Origin: Nitrospinota bacterium
GTDB taxonomy: Bacteria > UBA8248
NCBI GenBank assembly: GCA_046581755.1
Contig: JAYGFR010000384.1
Coordinates: forward strand, 1-22,317
Direction: 5' to 3'
DNA: 22,317 nt
Shown here: piece after piece, positions 19,038 to 22,317 of the stretch
How positions within the stretch are numbered: the stretch's first letter is position 1
Layout: each line of letters starts with the position of its first letter
Made by a program: the position numbers and the translations under genes
Notes under the pieces: generated by a model
What the model saw: only the letters and a program-made list of their open reading frames with translations
What the model was told of the DNA's origin: nothing
Databases searched by the model: none

Positions 19038-20033
19038 CTACCGGTAGTCCGCGACCTCGACGATCCGGCCCGAGGTGGCGCTCTCGATCACAGCCTCCTG
19101 GACAGCCACCACCTCAATGCCTTCGGGGCCGCCGGTCTCAGGCGCGCCGCCATCGCGGATGCAGCGGGCAAACTCGGCCATCTCGTCGGCCAGGGCATCG
19201 CCTCCCTCGACCGGGAGTTCTTCGCGGGCCTGCTGGTCCACCTTTTGAAAGTAGAGCTTGGCGCCCTCCTCCTCGGCCCAGGCGCACGCATCGGTGCCGA
19301 AAGCGAAGGTGACGCAAATCTTCGGGAGGACCAGCGAGAATCCAATATACCCCAGAGGGCCGCTCTCGAATTCGAGGATGACCGCCGTGACGTCGTCGAT
19401 GTTCCCGGCTCTCAGGATTTTTTTGCTGAACGCGGACACCCGCTTCACCGGCCCGGCCAGGAAAAGGAGGTTATCGATCATGTGAACGCCGAGGCCGGTC
19501 AGACCCCCTGTCGGAATTTCGGCCGTATCGTTGCGCCAGCCCGGCTTGGGGTTTTGCCCCATAGGTAGGGAGAGGTTCGCCTCCAGTTGGTGAACCATCC
19601 CCAACTCGCCCTTATCGATCATTTCGCGCATGCGGCGGTTTCCGCCCTGACGGCGACGATGGTGACCCACCTGAAGGGTGACACCCGCTTTTTGTGTCGC
19701 CTCATAGGCCTGTTTCCCCTCGGCCACAGTAAGCGTCAGGGGTTTTTCGACGAACACATGCTTCCCAGCCGAAGCGGCATCGCATATCATATCCCTATGG
19801 GTGGAATGTGGGGTGACAATGACGACGCCCTCGACCTCTGGATCGTTCAGCACCTCATCCAGGCTAGACGCCTCGCGGCAGCCGAATTTTTCCGCAAAGG
19901 CCTTCCGGTTATCCTCGCTCCGCGCGAAGCAGGTGACCACCTCGGCGCAACCGCTCCTTTTAATGGCATCCATCATCATGCCGCCCCACCATCCAAGACC
20001 TATCGAAGCCAGACGTACTTTCTCTCCAACCAT
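19038..20033 (-). CDS. Gfo/Idh/MocA family oxidoreductase
   Basis: IGLGWWG Rossmann motif, TPHSTH, AGKHVFVEKP and GVHMID; ATG at 20033 after GAAGGAG. Confidence 0.93.
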   Translation of the reverse strand: MVGEKVRLASIGLGWWGGMMMDAIKRSGCAEVVTCFARSEDNRKAFAEKFGCREASSLDEVLNDPEVEGVVIVTPHSTHRDMICDAASAGKHVFVEKPLTLTVAEGKQAYEATQKAGVTLQVGHHRRRQGGNRRMREMIDKGELGMVHQLEANLSLPMGQNPKPGWRNDTAEIPTGGLTGLGVHMIDNLLFLAGPVKRVSAFSKKILRAGNIDDVTAVILEFESGPLGYIGFSLVLPKICVTFAFGTDACAWAEEEGAKLYFQKVDQQAREELPVEGGDALADEMAEFARCIRDGGAPETGGPEGIEVVAVQEAVIESATSGRIVEVADYR

Positions 20034-20201
20034 TTTTTCTCCTTCCAAATCGAAAATTTAGAATAAAGTCACACCCATGCCCCCGTGCACCTGCCGGAGA
20101 GACTGGTAGCGATGATTGGATGGAAAACAATAGATCAACCTGGGAATTTGGAAAAGCCGGAGGAAGGCATCTATGCACGATCAGCTTCACGACACCAGGG
20201 C

Positions 20202-20238
20202 AAAAAAATCTCCTCCCGCCCCGGAGGGTAGGAGGAGA
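20202..20238 (-). terminator. Intrinsic terminator
   Basis: UCUCCUCCUACCC-UCCG-GGGCGGGAGGAGA followed by U7 on the minus strand. Confidence 0.8.
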
Positions 20239-20342
20239 AATGATGATGACGTGGCGGTGGAGAGCCGAACCAATCGACTCATCCAGCCGCCTACTGGAGA
20301 GAGCGTGCCGCCTTATCCGCTCAATCCAGCATTTTATCTACC
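20202..20342 (-). ncRNA. Candidate sigma-54-dependent small RNA or attenuated leader (~140 nt)
   Basis: Bounded by a sigma-54 promoter and an intrinsic terminator; internal hairpins; no convincing ORF. Confidence 0.55.
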
Positions 20343-20352
20343 CAGAATAGAA

Positions 20353-20368
20353 AGCAATTGTCGTACCA
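20353..20368 (-). promoter_or_regulatory. Sigma-54 (-24/-12) promoter
   Basis: TGGTACG-ACAA-TTGCT versus consensus TGGCACG-N4-TTGCW: one mismatch, exact spacing. Confidence 0.75.
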
Positions 20369-20380
20369 TAATTAGAAAAC

Positions 20381-20393
20381 ACTCAACTCATTG
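20381..20393 (+). promoter_or_regulatory. Putative IHF site
   Basis: ACTCAACTCATTG versus WATCAANNNNTTR (one mismatch); lies in AT-rich DNA between the sigma-54 box and the upstream repeats. Confidence 0.5.
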
Positions 20394-20413
20394 AAAAAAT
20401 TCCAGATACCCCG

Positions 20414-20557
20414 CTTTGGCCAATTCGGAAAATTGCCAAAATGTCATATTTTGGGCTAATTTGGAGGCATTTGGGCAAATTGAAATGCCAGAGTGTCATT
20501 TTGCCAAAATGTCGATTTGATGGGGGGAGGCACAACAGGTGGTGGCCCTTTGGCCAA
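20414..20557. repeat. TGYCA-N3 repeat array, putative enhancer (UAS) sites
   Basis: TTGCCAAAATGTC at 20433 and 20501; TGCCA-gag-TGTCA-ttt-TGCCA-aaa-TGTCG at 20486-20514; CTTTGGCCAA at 20414 and 20548. Confidence 0.65.
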
Positions 20558-20604
20558 ATGTAGACAGGAGCCGTTTTTCAGTTTCAGGCTATAGGTGCCC
20601 TGCT

Positions 20605-21222
20605 CTAAGGGGCAACCTTTATCAAAGGTCGTGGAGCGGGTAACGCACCCAGCGCTTCCTCGACGGCGGCGCGCATTTCATTGCCCTGGCCAATCAGGGT
20701 GGTTCCCTCGGCCTTGGATTTCCAAAGAAGAGAACCGGTTCTGGCATCCACCAGCCACATATTTACCACGGCGATACAATGATACATTTCGGGACATTCG
20801 CTTTGCCCGCGAATCAGCAAAGCGGCCTCCACCCCCGAGGGAAGAATCTTCAAGAGCGCCTTTTTCATCCCTGGCCCCGGAGCGCCGCCAGTCCATTTGA
20901 CCTTACCCGCCTTGAGCGACCAATTCCGAACTTCGTATCCACGATCGATGAGAACACCCACAGGCAGGAATGTCGCCTCGACCTGGTCCACCTTTTCTAC
21001 AGCTGGCGGAATCAACCCCGCTTTCCGGTAAATATCCCTGAAATATCCCGTCCAACGGTGTGGATAACGAAAAGGTGCAACGGCGATAGACCGAATTTCG
21101 GCAAGGCGTCCGGGATTGACGACCCTCGAATCTTGATAGACGCCGTAGGCGCACCCCGCCACCCCTGTCAACAGAGCGAAAACCACTGCGGCATGCCGAT
21201 ATTTTGACATCTTTCCGCTCAT
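20605..21222 (-). CDS. Putative lipoprotein
   Basis: Basic N-terminus, hydrophobic stretch and VAGC lipobox; SIAVAPF and LVDARTGSLLWKS segments. ATG at 21222 overlaps the upstream TGA (ATGA). Confidence 0.75.
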   Translation of the reverse strand: MSGKMSKYRHAAVVFALLTGVAGCAYGVYQDSRVVNPGRLAEIRSIAVAPFRYPHRWTGYFRDIYRKAGLIPPAVEKVDQVEATFLPVGVLIDRGYEVRNWSLKAGKVKWTGGAPGPGMKKALLKILPSGVEAALLIRGQSECPEMYHCIAVVNMWLVDARTGSLLWKSKAEGTTLIGQGNEMRAAVEEALGALPAPRPLIKVAP

Positions 21223-21998
21223 CCATTCGCCGTCCACGCGATTCCGATGCGAATCCATTCCAAAATCACTTTCCCGGCCGATGCGTACACCGCACGGATT
21301 TCCATAATAAACTCGCCCCAGAATGGACCGAGTTCGCCGCCGCCGGCAGCGGCGAGGGCGGCTCCACCGCTGAAAAGAGCACCCACCAAATAGATCACCG
21401 ACCAGGAGAAAAGCCTGCCACCACGGTCGATATCCGGCTGAGAGGTCGCCAGTATCTGGAAGGTCATTATGACATGGAACGAAAGCGCAAGACCGGTCAG
21501 AAAGGAAACCAGGGGCTGGAAGCGATCATCCCCGGCCCCCCATCCGGCCACGGCGCCCGCCGCCAGGAAAATAGCTGCAAAAAAGGGGAAAAAATACGGC
21601 GCCAGCGTAATGAGAAAATTGGTGCCGCTCATGGCCACCTGGCCGCTCTCCCGCGATACGACCAGCCGGTTCACTTTTTTCCCGAACAAGAGGCCAAAAA
21701 GAAGATGGGTGATTTCATGGACGAACGTGTAGAGAAACCCGGGCGGACGAAGGCGGTGCCAGAGGGCGTACACCGCCGCGCCCCCGGCCAGGGCCCACCC
21801 CTCGGGAACGAGCACCCAGCCGCCGCCGGAGCCGGGAGGATGAAAAAAAGCGCCCGGAACCGTCCGGACAAACGCGCGCGTGACCGCCCAGCAAGCCGGT
21901 AGTATGGCCACCGCCGCGCCCCAGGCCAAAAAGCGGGAGAAAAGAAATGTCACCTCTTGGGGCCCCCTTCCTGTCGGGCGGGCAAAGAACGGAGCCAA
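21219..21998 (-). CDS. Membrane metallopeptidase, M50-like
   Basis: HEITH (HExxH) within hydrophobic segments, LAPYFFP, downstream Asp (QPDI); start codon uncertain. Confidence 0.75.
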   Translation of the reverse strand: MAPFFARPTGRGPQEVTFLFSRFLAWGAAVAILPACWAVTRAFVRTVPGAFFHPPGSGGGWVLVPEGWALAGGAAVYALWHRLRPPGFLYTFVHEITHLLFGLLFGKKVNRLVVSRESGQVAMSGTNFLITLAPYFFPFFAAIFLAAGAVAGWGAGDDRFQPLVSFLTGLALSFHVIMTFQILATSQPDIDRGGRLFSWSVIYLVGALFSGGAALAAAGGGELGPFWGEFIMEIRAVYASAGKVILEWIRIGIAWTANG

Positions 21999-22317
21999 CA
22001 GACTACCCCTCGGGCCCGCTCATTCCAACGCCGCCGCCCAGCGCCGCGGCGAGGTTCGTCTCGAATCCCCCCCCCAAGGCGAATATTTCGAAACGATTCC
22101 GCCCCATTTGCCGGAAAATTCACGAATATGCGCCAAGGCCCGCACAGATTTGCACACCCCCTTTTTTAATCTTCTGAAAGAAACCCAAGGTTCTTCCGGG
22201 AGGAAATTTAGGCAATTGCGGGGAGGTTCATTGAAAACGCCCTCTACCGCCGGATGGGAGGTGGAGTCCACCTCCACCCGCCGAACATGGTTCGAGCGGG
22301 GCAAGAGAGAGGGTTGG

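Noticed and set aside
20034..20200. Moco riboswitch upstream of the Mo enzyme run
   Set aside because: Only the RBS-proximal AUUUGGAAGGAG resembles the motif; the other stems were not found.
20120..20394. Plus-strand small ORFs (76 aa, 73 aa; MMMTWRWR after GGAGGAG)
   Set aside because: The apparent RBS is one arm of the minus-strand terminator, and I found no plus-strand promoter or recognisable protein features. Not fully excluded.
20414..20557. CRISPR array
   Set aside because: Repeats are short, degenerate and irregular, with no unique spacers and no cas genes.

Overview
GC-rich bacterial chromosomal window with mostly minus-strand genes. In transcription order, the left part is a housekeeping block: dcd, moaC, a PIN/TRAM membrane protein, ispD, ispF, cysS, rlmB, tRNA-Thr(TGT), tRNA-Tyr, tRNA-Gly, tRNA-Thr(GGT) and the 5' end of tuf. 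The middle holds a PpiC-type PPIase, a hypothetical protein, a Ca/Na antiporter and an enoyl-CoA hydratase. Divergent from these are a PmtA-like methyltransferase, an EamA transporter and an OsmC-like gene. The right part holds an SSS symporter, chrA, an orphan XDH-family Mo subunit, a Gfo/Idh/MocA oxidoreductase, a lipoprotein and an M50-like peptidase. Three signals are invisible in the ORF track. (1) The OsmC-like gene (12677-13150) has an in-frame UGA at the conserved catalytic Cys position followed by a SECIS-like hairpin, so it is probably a selenoprotein that the track splits in two. (2) The 20200-20560 intergenic region has a complete sigma-54 layout (enhancer-like repeats, IHF site, -24/-12 box). 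It would drive a ~140-nt structured RNA ending in an intrinsic terminator, a candidate new sRNA or attenuator. (3) The dcd promoter has tandem NrdR boxes 42 bp apart and a phased cluster of DnaA boxes. All calls come from reading the sequence by eye; no searches or folding programs were run.
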